Shown: positions 10,569 to 21,366, counted from the first letter of the stretch. The stretch: DNA of 64,000 nucleotides from Longimicrobiales bacterium (GCA_965218295.1 CBDCKN010000012.1:1-64000); one strand, 5' to 3'. Notes: generated by a model from the letters alone, not told the origin. Numbers and translations are program-made.

Positions 10569-10811
10569 CTACCCCGAGCGCAGCCAATCCCCGAGGCGCT
10601 CCATGGCACGGACGAACGCTTCCGCCTCTTCCCGGGCGGACTCGGGAGCCAAGGCGGCCAATTCGCGGGCCTTCTTCAGGTCGTCGGTGATCGTATCGGA
10701 GTCCGCCGAGACCCAGATTTCTCTTAACTGATCGATCACGGCTCTTCTCGACCCGCTTTCCGTGGAGCTTTGGATCACCGCCTCCGGGCGCGAATGATAT
10801 TCAACGATCAT
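10569..10811 (-). CDS. Small hypothetical protein
   Basis: Helical ORF convergent with the aminotransferase; no motif recognised. Confidence 0.3.
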   Translation of the reverse strand: MIVEYHSRPEAVIQSSTESGSRRAVIDQLREIWVSADSDTITDDLKKARELAALAPESAREEAEAFVRAMERLGDWLRSG

Positions 10812-10936
10812 GCCGAAATGGCCGGTAACGCAAGACCGCCGCACGTTGCGTCGCCTCTTGGGGATACCGTTATTACGGTCGGTCTCACTCACATTTTTCC
10901 GGCGGGCCCGTTTGGAGCTCACCCGAAGCAGGAGGA

Positions 10937-11131
10937 AGCGGCTTCAGCGGATCGGAGATCGAGGTGGTGGTGGTCTCGACTCTCTACTCGGCTTTCTCGG
11001 GGACGGACGAACTGACCATGAACGCGTTCCTGAACGAGATCAAGCGCACTCGGCCCCTATCGGTGATGCGGGCGGAGCACGTGGAGGGACTAAGGGCCTG
11101 GGCCAAAGAGAGGACCAGACCGGCGAACTAG
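10937..11131 (+). pseudogene. C-terminal remnant of a Ycf46-like AAA ATPase
   Basis: Manual translation SGFSGSEIEVVVVSTLYSAF...EIKRTRPLSVMRAEHVEGLRAWAKERTRPAN*; Walker motifs and N-terminus absent. Confidence 0.7.
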
Positions 11132-11802
11132 GCTCCGCCGGCTCCTACGGGCTCAATGCACTCCGGGACGTCGTTGGCCGGAGAATTCACCAGCGTCGAC
11201 ACGGCGTAGGCGGCCAGCTCGCCCTCGTAGGGTCGGAGGATCTCCAGGGCGTTCTCGGTCCGCACACTCTTGTCGAGCCATGTCGCGCGCTCGCCCTCGG
11301 GTACGATGGCCGGCATGCGATCGTGAAGGGGACGGACTGCTTCGTTCGGGGCCACCGTGATGATGGTGAAGGAGTAAACGGGCTCCTGGCCCCCGCCTTC
11401 CCACCGCTCCCAGAGCCCGGCCAGGCTCATCGGTGTGCGATTCGGGTCGTGAACCCAGTACGGGACTTTGCCCGACCCCTCCCGCACCCACTCGTAGAAT
11501 CCGTCGGCCGGCACCAGACAGCGGCGGGCGATCACGGCCTCCTTGAAAGATAGCGTGGTCCGGAGCGTCTCGGCCCGGGCGTTGATCATCCGGGATCCGA
11601 TGGACGGGTCATCGGCCCACGACGGAACCAGTCCCCAGCGCATCAGGCCCATCCGGATGCCCCGTCGATCCGAGGCCACGACCGGGGCCTCCTGCGTGGG
11701 CGCGACGTTGTAGCGCGGTTCGTGATCGAAGGTGACGGGTGGTACGTCGAAGACCTCTACCAGATCGTCCATTGGGGTGGATAGGGTATAACGGCCGCAC
11801 AT
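11128..11802 (-). CDS. SOS response-associated peptidase (SRAP/YedK, abasic-site protection)
   Basis: N-terminal MCGRY, NARAET, GFYEW, HDRMP. Confidence 0.95.
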   Translation of the reverse strand: MCGRYTLSTPMDDLVEVFDVPPVTFDHEPRYNVAPTQEAPVVASDRRGIRMGLMRWGLVPSWADDPSIGSRMINARAETLRTTLSFKEAVIARRCLVPADGFYEWVREGSGKVPYWVHDPNRTPMSLAGLWERWEGGGQEPVYSFTIITVAPNEAVRPLHDRMPAIVPEGERATWLDKSVRTENALEILRPYEGELAAYAVSTLVNSPANDVPECIEPVGAGGA

Positions 11803-11820
11803 GGCGCGGGAGAGACCCCC

Positions 11821-13764
11821 TTAATCCCCGAAAGCTGTGTCACTGGCCGTGTGCTGTTCCTCCATCAGCTTGCTCTCGAGAAGCTGGTACGCGATGGGCA
11901 TGAAGTCCGCCTCCGTCACCAGCCCAACGAGCTTCCCGCCCTTCACCACCGGCAGGCAAGACACTCCGTGTTTCCTCATGATATCGATGGCTTCGAGCGT
12001 CGGCGTCTCGGGGGCCACCGTGATTGGATCTTCATCCATTATCGACCTCACCGGCATGGTTTCTTTAACGCCCTCGCTGCCGAACTCGGAGACCATCCGC
12101 AGAATCGACCGATACGACACCAGCCCAACCAAACGGTGCTGGTCGTCCTCCACCGGCACGTGCCTGATCTGCTTCCGGTCCATGAGGAAGGCGACCATCT
12201 CCAACAGCTCGTCTTCCTGTACGGTAAAGAGCTGGGTGGCCATGTACTGTTCCACCTTCGTGTAGTTCCTTGTCCATCCGCCAGCTTCCTCCAGCTGGGC
12301 CAGTCCCCATTCGTGGCCCGGCTTTCGCCCTGTCTGGTTACGGACCGTGGCCGCCGTGAGCGCCGCCAGGCGCTCGACGCGCGTGCCCCGGTGCTTCATC
12401 TCCTGCAGGGAGCGGATCATCCAATCCGACCCGGTGCCCCGGCTCTCGACCCGTGCCTGGATCACGCCGAGATACTTGTCCAGCTCCGAGGAGTCGACGC
12501 GACCCTCGAGGCCTGCCCGCGCGAGAGGAATCAACGTGTCGAGGATGAGCTCGGGAGCGCTCACCTGCTCACCGTCCACCCAGTGGAATCCCGCGTTGAG
12601 CCCTTGCCTGGACGCCGCCAGGAAGTTGTACTTGGCATCGTCGAAGTCGAGCCTCTGGGTGATGTCGCCGTACTCCTCGCGGGCGCCGCGGACCAGTCCG
12701 ATCCAGAAGACGGCATTGGCCACTTCGTCCAGGACGGTGGGTCCTGCCGGGAGGGCCCGGCACTCGATCCTCAGGTGTGGCTTACCCTCCGAGATTCCGT
12801 AGCACGGTCGATTCCAGCGGTAGACGGTGCTGTTGTGGAGCTGGAGGGCCTGCAGCTTCGGAACGCACCCGGCCTCGAGCTGCTCAAACGGATCCTCCTC
12901 GCAGTCCTGGGCCAGGAGCACCCTGAAGTTGGCGATGTCCGACTGGAAGAGCTCCGTCACCGACTTCTCCACCCACTGCTCTCCGAAGCGCACCCGGGGG
13001 CTCAGCTCGCGCAGATGAACGGCAGTGCTCCGCGTATCTAGGGACTGCTGGAAGAGCGCGATGCGGGTCTCGGCCCACAGGCGCTTCCCGAACAGGAGGG
13101 GGGAGTTGACCGCAGCCGCCACCACGGGCCCAAGGACCGCCTGCGACAGGTTATACATGTCGGCGAACTCGTCGGCGTCGACCTGGAGATGGACCTGGCA
13201 GCTGGTGTTGCAGGCCTCGAGCATGACCGAGTCGTGCTCCAGGTGGAGCTCGTCCCGCCCCTCGATCCGGAGACGATAGGTCCCGCCGCGCATCTTGGTC
13301 AGAGCTTCGTTGAGGGCGTAGTAACGGGCCTTGGGGGTGATGTTGTCGAGGCTCAGATCGGACTTGCTCAGCGTGGGCAGGATGCCGGACAGCACCACCT
13401 CCGCCCCCACTTCGCGGGCCGCATCCCGGACCATGCCCATGAGCTCCTCGATCCGGACCTGCAGCGCGCTGAAGCATCGCCCCTCGAGCAACATCGGCTC
13501 GATGTTCATCTCCAGATTGAACCGGGCGAGCTCCGGGGTGAAGTTCTCGTGATCGAGGAGCTCGAGAACCTCCGGGCCGACGGTGGCGGGCCGCCAGGCG
13601 CGGTCGACCAGGAACATCTCCTGCTCGCAGCCGAAGCGGCGGACGCCCGACTCTATCATCCCGTCCTCCAGCATCTTCTCCAAGGCCCGCAGGTCCGTGA
13701 GAAGGGCCTTGGTGAAAGACCGGATCGATTCGCTGTCCTGCTCGGGGACGAGGTCTTGACCCAT
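11821..13764 (-). CDS. Glutamate-cysteine ligase (GCS2) family protein with C-terminal CBS pair
   Basis: GCEQEMFL, QVHLQV, NSPLLFG, HLRIECR; CBS repeats (IRHVPV, VSCLPVV). Confidence 0.85.
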   Translation of the reverse strand: MGQDLVPEQDSESIRSFTKALLTDLRALEKMLEDGMIESGVRRFGCEQEMFLVDRAWRPATVGPEVLELLDHENFTPELARFNLEMNIEPMLLEGRCFSALQVRIEELMGMVRDAAREVGAEVVLSGILPTLSKSDLSLDNITPKARYYALNEALTKMRGGTYRLRIEGRDELHLEHDSVMLEACNTSCQVHLQVDADEFADMYNLSQAVLGPVVAAAVNSPLLFGKRLWAETRIALFQQSLDTRSTAVHLRELSPRVRFGEQWVEKSVTELFQSDIANFRVLLAQDCEEDPFEQLEAGCVPKLQALQLHNSTVYRWNRPCYGISEGKPHLRIECRALPAGPTVLDEVANAVFWIGLVRGAREEYGDITQRLDFDDAKYNFLAASRQGLNAGFHWVDGEQVSAPELILDTLIPLARAGLEGRVDSSELDKYLGVIQARVESRGTGSDWMIRSLQEMKHRGTRVERLAALTAATVRNQTGRKPGHEWGLAQLEEAGGWTRNYTKVEQYMATQLFTVQEDELLEMVAFLMDRKQIRHVPVEDDQHRLVGLVSYRSILRMVSEFGSEGVKETMPVRSIMDEDPITVAPETPTLEAIDIMRKHGVSCLPVVKGGKLVGLVTEADFMPIAYQLLESKLMEEQHTASDTAFGD

Positions 13765-13775
13765 CGGTGCTATCC

Positions 13776-14450
13776 TCACTCGAGAAATGTAGCGATCTTG
13801 TCGAGTGACTTCTTGCCAATATGGGGCACCGTGGCGTCCGCCTCCGGATAGCCCACCACCAAGATCAAGAAGGCACGCTCGTCGTTCTTGGGCCGGCCGA
13901 GAATCTCGTTCAGGAACCCCATGGGTGACGGGGTGTGCGTGAGGGAGACCAGTCCAGCCCGGTGCACGGCGGTGATCAACATCCCCGTGGCGATGCCCAC
14001 CGACTCGGTGACGTAGTAGTTCTTGACCTTCTCGCCGTCCTCCCCCACCTCGTGGCTCTCGGCGAAGATCACGATCAGGTAGGGTGCCCTCACCAGAAAG
14101 GGCTTCTCCGCTTCGGTCCCCAGATGCTCCAGCGCTTCCAGCCATTCGTCGGAGGCGCGGCCCGAATAGAACGCCCGCTCTTCTTCCTCGGCCGCCTCCC
14201 GGATCTTGCGCTTGATCTCCGGGTCGCCCACCACCACGAAGTGCCAGGGCTGGCGGTTAGCACCGTTGGGGGCCGTCCCCGCCGCCAAGAGGCAGGCCTC
14301 GATGACCTCACGCGATACAGGCCGATCGGAAAAGTCACGGACAGTGCGGCGCTTGCGTAACTCGTCCCGGAAGGCCTCGGACCGGGCCTTCATCTCGTCT
14401 TCGGGAATCTGTACGTAGTCCGGAAGAGGGATGAACCGAGGTTCGGTCAT
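13776..14450 (-). CDS. Iodotyrosine deiodinase (nitroreductase superfamily)
   Basis: [20 protein letters not shown], lid [21 protein letters not shown]. Confidence 0.85.
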   Translation of the reverse strand: MTEPRFIPLPDYVQIPEDEMKARSEAFRDELRKRRTVRDFSDRPVSREVIEACLLAAGTAPNGANRQPWHFVVVGDPEIKRKIREAAEEEERAFYSGRASDEWLEALEHLGTEAEKPFLVRAPYLIVIFAESHEVGEDGEKVKNYYVTESVGIATGMLITAVHRAGLVSLTHTPSPMGFLNEILGRPKNDERAFLILVVGYPEADATVPHIGKKSLDKIATFLE

Positions 14451-14454
14451 GGGT

Positions 14455-15009
14455 TCAGCTGCTCGTCAGTTGTTCGTGGACGAGGACCAGATCGCCGATG
14501 CGCTCCCAGGCGGCGAGCACTCGAGCCGCCGGCACGCCCAACTGGCTCGAGAGAATGCGGATGTTGACCAGGGCCACCAGGGCCCGGTCTTCGAGAGGGA
14601 GGGTGGCCCAGGAAGCCCGCGGGGTAGCGGCGAAGCTCTCATACGTGTCCGCCAGCGGGCCGAGGCTCGTGCCCGGCGGGAAAGAGATGTGGAACACCCC
14701 GGCGCTCACCCCGTAGCGCTGGACGATCGAGGCCCACGGCGCTCCGGCACCCCGCTGCGTGGCGATCACGTCCGGGGACACGCCGGCCCGCCTCGCCAAA
14801 AAGAGGACCACCGCGATCTCCTCGGGCGGCAGCTGCCACTCTCCTAGGATCCGGACCTCTTCCAGGGAAACGGAGAAGGCGACACCCACGGTCCGGTAGT
14901 ACGCCTCCACGGCCTGGGCATCGGGTCCACGGCGCTGGGCCTCCGACAACGAAGGCAGGACGCACGTCACCACGAGCGCGCCCAACATAGCTTTCACGAC
15001 TGACCCCAT
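14455..15009 (-). CDS. Exported hypothetical protein
   Basis: Signal peptide ending SEA-Q; GGAG RBS. Confidence 0.7.
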   Translation of the reverse strand: MGSVVKAMLGALVVTCVLPSLSEAQRRGPDAQAVEAYYRTVGVAFSVSLEEVRILGEWQLPPEEIAVVLFLARRAGVSPDVIATQRGAGAPWASIVQRYGVSAGVFHISFPPGTSLGPLADTYESFAATPRASWATLPLEDRALVALVNIRILSSQLGVPAARVLAAWERIGDLVLVHEQLTSS

Positions 15010-15293
15010 GGCTCTCCTCCCGACCGGTGTGGGTCCCCGCCCGGCGCGCTGCTTACCGCCGGATCTCCGCGACCCGCACACCTACTATAACCTTCCACCC
15101 GAATCGAGGATCCGCCATGCGCGACTGCACTGTGCGTACCGCACCGCATCGACGAGATCAGCCGGTCGGCAGAGGTTGCACACCCTAGTCTTGCCAAAAC
15201 GGCAGGTTTCTTGACGTGCCGTGGCACGACTCTCGAGGGAAACGAGGGTGGGACGGAGGTCGTCACGGCACCGCCCACCGAAACGAGGAGGTC

Positions 15294-15608
15294 ATGATGA
15301 ATGGGCACGACAGCAACAGGTGGGGTCGGAAGCTTCCGGCTAATATGCCGGTTGTTGCCACCGCGCCTACGGAGACAGCACCTCTCGAAACGCCCCCGGA
15401 ACTCGATCTCGTGATCGACTTTGCAGGGACGCAAATCGTTGACCTGGCTGGACTTACGATGCTCCTGACGGCACAGCAGATCGCCGACTCGGAGGACCGA
15501 CAGGTCTGGCTGATGGACCTTCCCGAAGGGGCGTGGAGCCTCCTGAAGGCCCTGGGTCTCGATGACCTCTTCGTATGCGTCCCCCTACTCGGAGACCAGC
15601 CGAACTGA
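15294..15608 (+). CDS. STAS-domain protein (anti-anti-sigma-like)
   Basis: LVIDFAGTQIVDLAGLTMLL...LLKALGLDDLF; GAGGAGG RBS. Confidence 0.75.
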   Translation: MMNGHDSNRWGRKLPANMPVVATAPTETAPLETPPELDLVIDFAGTQIVDLAGLTMLLTAQQIADSEDRQVWLMDLPEGAWSLLKALGLDDLFVCVPLLGDQPN

Positions 15609-15623
15609 GGGCGACGTTGGGGG

Positions 15624-15663
15624 AAAAAGCCCTTCGCCGAGCACCGGCGAAGGGCTTTTTTTT
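15624..15663. terminator. Bidirectional intrinsic terminator
   Basis: A5-GCCCTTCGCCG-loop-CGGCGAAGGGC-T8 between convergent genes. Confidence 0.9.
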
Positions 15664-15809
15664 CGCATTTCGGACCAATGTGCCCCCCAAATAGGTCAGA
15701 TTTCGGGGTGCCGACACCGTCTCATCGACACTTTAGCGACTCTGGATCCTCAGGATTTTCGCGGAGATTCCCCGCCTGGACCTCCGGGGTCGACGGCATC
15801 GTCATCCCA

Positions 15810-17360
15810 TCACTCGCCGTCAGAAACGATTTGCCGGAGGCTCGCCGGATTCCACTGCGGGCGCTCCGTCCGGTTGGCCACCTCGTAGCCGAGGAAGAAC
15901 ATGAGCTTCGTGATCCTCGACGCCTTGTCCGCGTCGATGCGATCCACCTCGTCGTCCCGTCCGTGGTAGTCCTCGTGGGTGCCGTTGAAGAAGAACAGGA
16001 TCGGCACGCCCTTCTGGGCGAAGCTGAAGTGGTCTGACCGGAAGTAGAACCGCTGATCGGGCCAGAGGTCGTCGATGGCGGTCATGTCCAGCTCGGGGTG
16101 GGCTTCGTTGACCCGGTTTAGCGTCACCCCGAGGTCGGAGTGCTCCTTCCCGATGACGACGATGGTGTCGGACCAGTTCCGCCCCACCATGTCGGCGTTC
16201 AGGTCGGCCACGATCCGCTCGATGGGCACTGACGGGTTGTTAGTGTAGTACTCGCTGCCCCACAAATGCTTCTCCTCGCCGCTGACGAGGAGGAAGATCA
16301 TGGAGCGCTTGGGCTTGGTCGCCAGTTCGACGTAGGCCTCGGCCAGCTCGAGGACCGCCGTGGTCCCCGACGCGTCGTCGTCTGCGCCGTTGTTGATGCT
16401 GTCCCCCTGGGCGTTGGGCGACCCGATCCCGATGTGGTCCATGTGGGCGCTGAAGACCACATACTCCTCCTTGAGCTCCGGATCGCTCCCCTCGAGGATG
16501 CCCACTACGTTAGGCGCCGAGTCGTCGGCGAGGACCTCGATCCGGGGAGACAACATCAGGGTGAGGCCCGGCACCTCCAGCACGGTCACGGATCGCCGAT
16601 CCCGAGCCGCCATGAGGTCGACTCCGTACGCCGCAAGGATGGGCTCGATGGCCGCGTCCCGCACCTCGAGGGTCAACCCTCCCGAGCGGCCGCCGCTGAA
16701 GCCCACGCGGACAGAGGTCTGACGCAAAACCCTCCGAACGGCCTGGTTCCAGGCCCGGGTGGACCGGTCGGTGGCGACGAGTACGGAAATGGCGCCTTCG
16801 CGCCGGAGGTTTGAGACGAGGCGGAAGCTGCTCCCGTCGCGTCCCGCCGGGCTCGACGCCACGACGACGTGCTTTCCGCTCACGGCGGCCCCGATCTCCG
16901 GCGTCACCCTGCCCAAGCCCCCGAGGACCACCACCTCGCCCTCGAAGTCTCCCTTGGCCGCGCCGGAGGGCATCATGAGGTCGCGGCCGAACCTGAGCTC
17001 CCAGCCCCCACTCACCTCGGCAGACGAAGCCACCAGATCGGCCCGGATCGTCTGGATGGCGTAGCGCTGGATGTAGCTTCCGTCGTCACCCCCCGGAGTC
17101 AGCCCCAGACGCTCGAACTCGCTGGCGATCCACGCGGCCGTCATCTCCAGTCCGTGGCTCGGTGTGTCCCGGCCGCCCATGCTGTCGTGGGCGATGACTC
17201 CGATCTTCCGGAGATAGTCGGCAGGGGTGATGGACGCGGCAGCACGGAGCGCGTCATCGGTAAGGGGAGCGATGTTGGACTCCGGGGCGTCCTGGGCGCA
17301 GGCCGAGCCGGCCCACACCAAGATCCCGACGAACAACGCGCTTCCCGACTTCATGCTCAT
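15810..17360 (-). CDS. M28 family aminopeptidase, secreted
   Basis: SAHMDH, NGADDDASG, GEE, NADM, RSDH, HEDYH. Confidence 0.92.
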   Translation of the reverse strand: MSMKSGSALFVGILVWAGSACAQDAPESNIAPLTDDALRAAASITPADYLRKIGVIAHDSMGGRDTPSHGLEMTAAWIASEFERLGLTPGGDDGSYIQRYAIQTIRADLVASSAEVSGGWELRFGRDLMMPSGAAKGDFEGEVVVLGGLGRVTPEIGAAVSGKHVVVASSPAGRDGSSFRLVSNLRREGAISVLVATDRSTRAWNQAVRRVLRQTSVRVGFSGGRSGGLTLEVRDAAIEPILAAYGVDLMAARDRRSVTVLEVPGLTLMLSPRIEVLADDSAPNVVGILEGSDPELKEEYVVFSAHMDHIGIGSPNAQGDSINNGADDDASGTTAVLELAEAYVELATKPKRSMIFLLVSGEEKHLWGSEYYTNNPSVPIERIVADLNADMVGRNWSDTIVVIGKEHSDLGVTLNRVNEAHPELDMTAIDDLWPDQRFYFRSDHFSFAQKGVPILFFFNGTHEDYHGRDDEVDRIDADKASRITKLMFFLGYEVANRTERPQWNPASLRQIVSDGE

Positions 17361-17452
17361 CTATCCCAATCAGCAGTTCAAAAACGAGCTCGAAAGAGAT
17401 ACGAAACAAGCCTTTAACTTACCGCGGGGCCACATTCGGGCCAACGCGTGAA

Positions 17453-17603
17453 CCTCTCCCGGGGACCGCGTACGCCGCCCTCGATCGCATGGAGAGGAAG
17501 GGGCTGATCCACTCGAGCGTGGGGAGCCCGACTCCGGAGCGAGGAGGCCGGGCCAAGCGTTTCTACGAGCTCAGGCCACCGGGGCTGGAGGCCCTCCTGA
17601 GGC
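17453..17603 (+). pseudogene. PadR-family regulator remnant (5' truncated)
   Basis: Manual translation GTAYAALDRMERKGLIHSSVGSPTPERGGRAKRFYELRPPGLEAL; first helices missing. Confidence 0.7.
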
Positions 17604-17606
17604 CGA

Positions 17607-18800
17607 TCAGCGGCCGGCCACCGCCTCGTCGAGCAGCGCGGACAGCTCGGCCTCGCTGAGCGGTCCGCGAAGTATTGCTACCCCACCCTGGACGGCGCGA
17701 CCCACCTGACTCCACCCTTCCGGGATGGACTCCCCGAAGAGCCACTGGGCCTCCTCGAGGGCGTCACGCTCCTCCAGCTCACGGCCCGACGGGACTCCCT
17801 TCGAAGCCTTTCGCGCCGACGCTGCGTCGTCCGCTGCGCCTCCTCGTGCCACCGCCACGAAACGAAGCTCCAGGGTACGCCCGTCCGGAAGCTCCTGGAT
17901 GACGGTCACCGAGGGCTCGAGCCCTTCCGTGAGGGCCGAAAGCCGAACGTCGCGGACCGGAAGCCCGGGGATGACGAAGGAGCTCGTCCGCGCGGTGATC
18001 GACATCTCATCGAAGGCCTCGGCGTTGGCCTCGTTGGCGAAGAGATCCTGGGGGTCGGTCTTGGAGAGCTCGTCGGCCAGGGCAGTGGGAGCCACCTCTC
18101 TCGCCGGTGCGCCTGCAGCCCGGTTATCGGCGGCCCCCGCCACACCGGCGGGGGCGATGGCCTCGAGCCTTCTCCGTGCCTGCGCCGGCTCAGCCTGGCG
18201 CTCCAGCTCACGCTGCCGATCCAGCCGCAGCTCGCCACCGACCACATCGCGCCGCCCGACCTCAGCCTGCTCAGCAGGTCTAGACGGGGCGGCGGCGGGT
18301 GCCATCTGCGCCGCAGCCGGGGCATCGAGGTCCCGGGACTCCTCAGGCGCCTGGGGCTGGATCGCGAAGTCGCTGACGGCGGCCTGCCTTTCGACGGACT
18401 CGTCCTCCGCCGTCACTTCGAGCCGGATCAACGAGGCCGCCGCGTCGGGCTCATCCTCCTCCTGGGCGACATCCTCGTTGGTGCGTGACGCAACAGCATC
18501 CTGTGCCCGCACGGCATCGAGGGTGGGCCCCGTCGCCAGGTCGCGAGCGGGAGTCGTGAGATCGCGGGCCAGCCATCCGGCGCCGAGAGACACGACCACG
18601 GTGGCCGCCATACGGAGCACGCGGAACCTCGAAGCTCCGCCGGCGGGACGCGACGGCTCCGCCTCCCCCGCCCAGGCGACCAGCTCCTCGAAGGGATCGA
18701 GATCCACCGGAGCTTGCGCCGTCGCGGCCAGAATCTCCGATGCCACCCGGCGGAGGTCTCGCTCTTCCGCCAGCGCTTCGGCGCACTCGTGGCACTCCAG
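17607..18800 (-). pseudogene. 5'-truncated zf-HC2 anti-sigma-like membrane protein
   Basis: Frame opens upstream of the listed start with LECHECAEAL (CxxC, no preceding His, no start before an in-frame stop), then a TM segment and an Ala-rich region. Confidence 0.55.
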
Positions 18801-18950
18801 GTCGGGAGCACAAGACTTGGGTCAGGTACCCCACGGACGTCCCCGGGGAGCCGTCCTATGTACCCGATGACGAACGAGGCGGGAAGACTTGCACAGGTTG
18901 GGGCAGAGCCAGGCGAACCTTGTGCCACTACCAGCCCCACCACGAACGAA

Positions 18951-18976
18951 GAGGGAGTGACGGAAGTCACCCCCTC
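18951..18976 (-). terminator. Hairpin, probable terminator of the ABC ATPase gene
   Basis: GAGGGAGTGAC-GGAA-GTCACCCCCTC, followed by TTCGTT on the minus strand. Confidence 0.5.
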
Positions 18977-19045
18977 TGTCTGTCCAGAATACGGTGCTCG
19001 GAAGCCGCTCAGTCCCTCAAGCGTGCCGAGATCCGCAGTCTCTCA

Positions 19046-19801
19046 CTAAACGTCGAAGCCGCTCTCCTCGAGCTCATGCGCATGCTCCGCCCGCTTGGCG
19101 TCCTCCTCGTCGACGACCTGGCCGTCGAAGAGGTGAACCGAGCGCTCCGCCACCGTGGCGTAACGCGGATCGTGCGTCACCATGCAGATCGTGGCCCCTT
19201 CGTCGTGGAGCTCACGCATCAGGTCCATGACCGCGTTGCCGTTCTTCGAGTCCAGGTTACCCGTCGGCTCGTCCGCCAGCAGGATGAGGGGCCTGCCCAC
19301 GATAGCGCGGGCTACGGCCACACGCTGCTGCTGACCGCCCGAGAGCTGGCTGGGATAGTGGCTCATCCGGTGAGCCATCCCCACCCGCTCCAATGACACA
19401 TGCACGCGCTCCTTGCGCTCGCTGCCGGCCATGCCGCGATACGTGAGCGGCAGCTCGACGTTCTCGAAGACCGTCAGGTCGCCGATCAGGTTGAACGCCT
19501 GGAAGATGAACCCGATGGCCTGGTTGCGGATCTTGGCCCGCTGTGAAGCCGTGAGGTTCGCTGCCGGCTCGCCGTCGAGATGGTACTCACCGGCCGTGGG
19601 CGAATCCAGAAGCCCGAGGATCGACAGCAGCGTGGTCTTCCCGCAGCCCGAAGGGCCCGCGATGGAGACGAACTCGCCCACCGCAATGTTCAGGTGAATG
19701 TCCGACAGGGCGTGGGTCTCCACCTCTTCCGTGTAGAACACCTTGCTCAGGCCGTTCAGGTGGATGAGGGGCGTGTCCTGTGTCGAATCGCTTGTTTCCA
19801 T
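19046..19801 (-). CDS. ABC transporter ATP-binding protein (LolD/MacB type)
   Basis: GPSGCGKT, LSGGQQQR, LLADEPTGNLD, VTHD. Confidence 0.95.
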   Translation of the reverse strand: METSDSTQDTPLIHLNGLSKVFYTEEVETHALSDIHLNIAVGEFVSIAGPSGCGKTTLLSILGLLDSPTAGEYHLDGEPAANLTASQRAKIRNQAIGFIFQAFNLIGDLTVFENVELPLTYRGMAGSERKERVHVSLERVGMAHRMSHYPSQLSGGQQQRVAVARAIVGRPLILLADEPTGNLDSKNGNAVMDLMRELHDEGATICMVTHDPRYATVAERSVHLFDGQVVDEEDAKRAEHAHELEESGFDV

Positions 19802-20005
19802 CCCTACTGCTCCTTCTCTGTGAACCGACTCGCGAAAGGCATCCCCGGACCCTCTCTGCCAACTTACGTGAGACACGGAGCAGCTAAGGAATTAGAGTAG
19901 GGCGAAGGCAGAGAAACCGAGGATGCTGAGACACCGAGAGAGAATGGAATAGCCCCACCAACCTGGGACGGTAAGCGAAGCGCGGCAGCTCCTGCGGACT
20001 CGGAG

Positions 20006-20362
20006 GTGGTAGATAGGCCGCTGCGCCGGCGGTTCGCTCCGTCGTACAAGCTGCGGATCGTCGAAGAAGCGGACCGGTGCACGGAGCCCGGAGAGGTTGG
20101 CCGACTCCTACGGCGGGAGGGCTTGTACTCGTCGCACCTGACGACATGGCGCAAGGCGGCGCATAGCGGGTCCCTGAAAGCGCTGTCGAAGAAACGAGGC
20201 CGTAAGCGCGAGCGCAATCCGCTGGAGGAGAAGGTGCGCAAGCTGGAGCGCGAGAACACTCGCCTCGAGAAGGAGCTCCAGAAGGCGCACTTGATCATCG
20301 ACGTCCAGGGAAAAGTTGCAGGGCTGCTGGGATTGAGCCTCGAGGACGGGACGAACTCATGA
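20006..20362 (+). CDS. IS3-family OrfA (HTH plus coiled coil); start uncertain
   Basis: RRRF..YKLRI..LRREGLYSSHLTTWR. Confidence 0.85.
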   Translation: MVDRPLRRRFAPSYKLRIVEEADRCTEPGEVGRLLRREGLYSSHLTTWRKAAHSGSLKALSKKRGRKRERNPLEEKVRKLERENTRLEKELQKAHLIIDVQGKVAGLLGLSLEDGTNS

Positions 20363-21366
20363 AGGCGACCCAGGAGCTAGCCAAGCACGTAGGGGTGAAG
20401 CCCGCGTGCGATGCGCTCAGGGTGCCGCGAGCCACGTTCTACCGTCGTCGGAGGCCATCGACCGGGCATCAGCAGCCCCGCCCGACCCCCGCCCGGGCCT
20501 TAAGCGAGAAGGAACGAGACAAGGTCTTCGACACGCTGTGTTCGGAGCGGTTCGTGGACCGGTCCCCAGCCGAGGTGGTGGCGACGCTGCTCGACGAGGA
20601 CGTCTACCTGTGCAGCGAGCGTACGATGTATCGCGTTCTGGCTTCCCAGGTGCCGGTTCAGGAGCGTCGAGCGCAGCGGAGTCATCCCAAATACCAGAAA
20701 CCCGAGTTGATGGCGAGGGGCCCGAACCAGGTCTGGTCCTGGGATATCACCCGGCTGCTGGGGCCGAAGAAGTGGAGTTACTTCTACCTCTACGTGATCC
20801 TGGACATCTTCAGCCGCTACGTCGTGGGATGGATGGTGGCGGATCGGGAGAACTCTGCCCTGGCCAGCCGGCTGATCCAGCAGAGTTGCTTGAAGCATGG
20901 CGTCCAGCCCCACCTCCTGACCCTGCATTCCGATCGAGGGGCTCCGATGACGAGCCAATGCACGGCTCAACTACTCGCCGATCTCGGCGTGACCCGCTCG
21001 TTGGGCCGACCCCAGGTCTCGGATGACAATCCGTTCTCCGAGGCTCAGTTCAAGACCTTGAAGTACCATCCCTCGTTTCCCGGCCGGTTCGGGGATCAGG
21101 GGCAAGCCAAGACCTTCTGTCGCTCGTTCTTCCGTTGGTATAATGCCGAGCACCGCCATGGCGGCATCTCGATGCTGACCCCCGAACAGGTCCACTTCGG
21201 TCACGCCGATCGGATCATCGCCTGCAGGAAGGCCGTGCTCCGTGAGGCATGGGCCGCTCATCCCGAGCGCTTCGTCTCCGGTGAGCCGAAGCCTAAACCA
21301 CTCCCGGAGGCCGTCTGGATCAATCCTCCCACCCCATCCCTCACTACACAGGAGATTGCTCTCTAA
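20359..21366 (+). CDS. IS3-family OrfB DDE transposase
   Basis: PNQVWSWDIT, HSDRG, DNPFSEAQFKTLK, WYN..H.H. Confidence 0.95.
   Translation: MKATQELAKHVGVKPACDALRVPRATFYRRRRPSTGHQQPRPTPARALSEKERDKVFDTLCSERFVDRSPAEVVATLLDEDVYLCSERTMYRVLASQVPVQERRAQRSHPKYQKPELMARGPNQVWSWDITRLLGPKKWSYFYLYVILDIFSRYVVGWMVADRENSALASRLIQQSCLKHGVQPHLLTLHSDRGAPMTSQCTAQLLADLGVTRSLGRPQVSDDNPFSEAQFKTLKYHPSFPGRFGDQGQAKTFCRSFFRWYNAEHRHGGISMLTPEQVHFGHADRIIACRKAVLREAWAAHPERFVSGEPKPKPLPEAVWINPPTPSLTTQEIAL

Noticed and set aside
13765..14145. Extended N-termini given by the ORF track (GCS2-CBS to 14145, ppk1 to 53889, apgM to 9397)
   Set aside because: They overlap upstream genes or repeats; downstream starts fit the family motifs better
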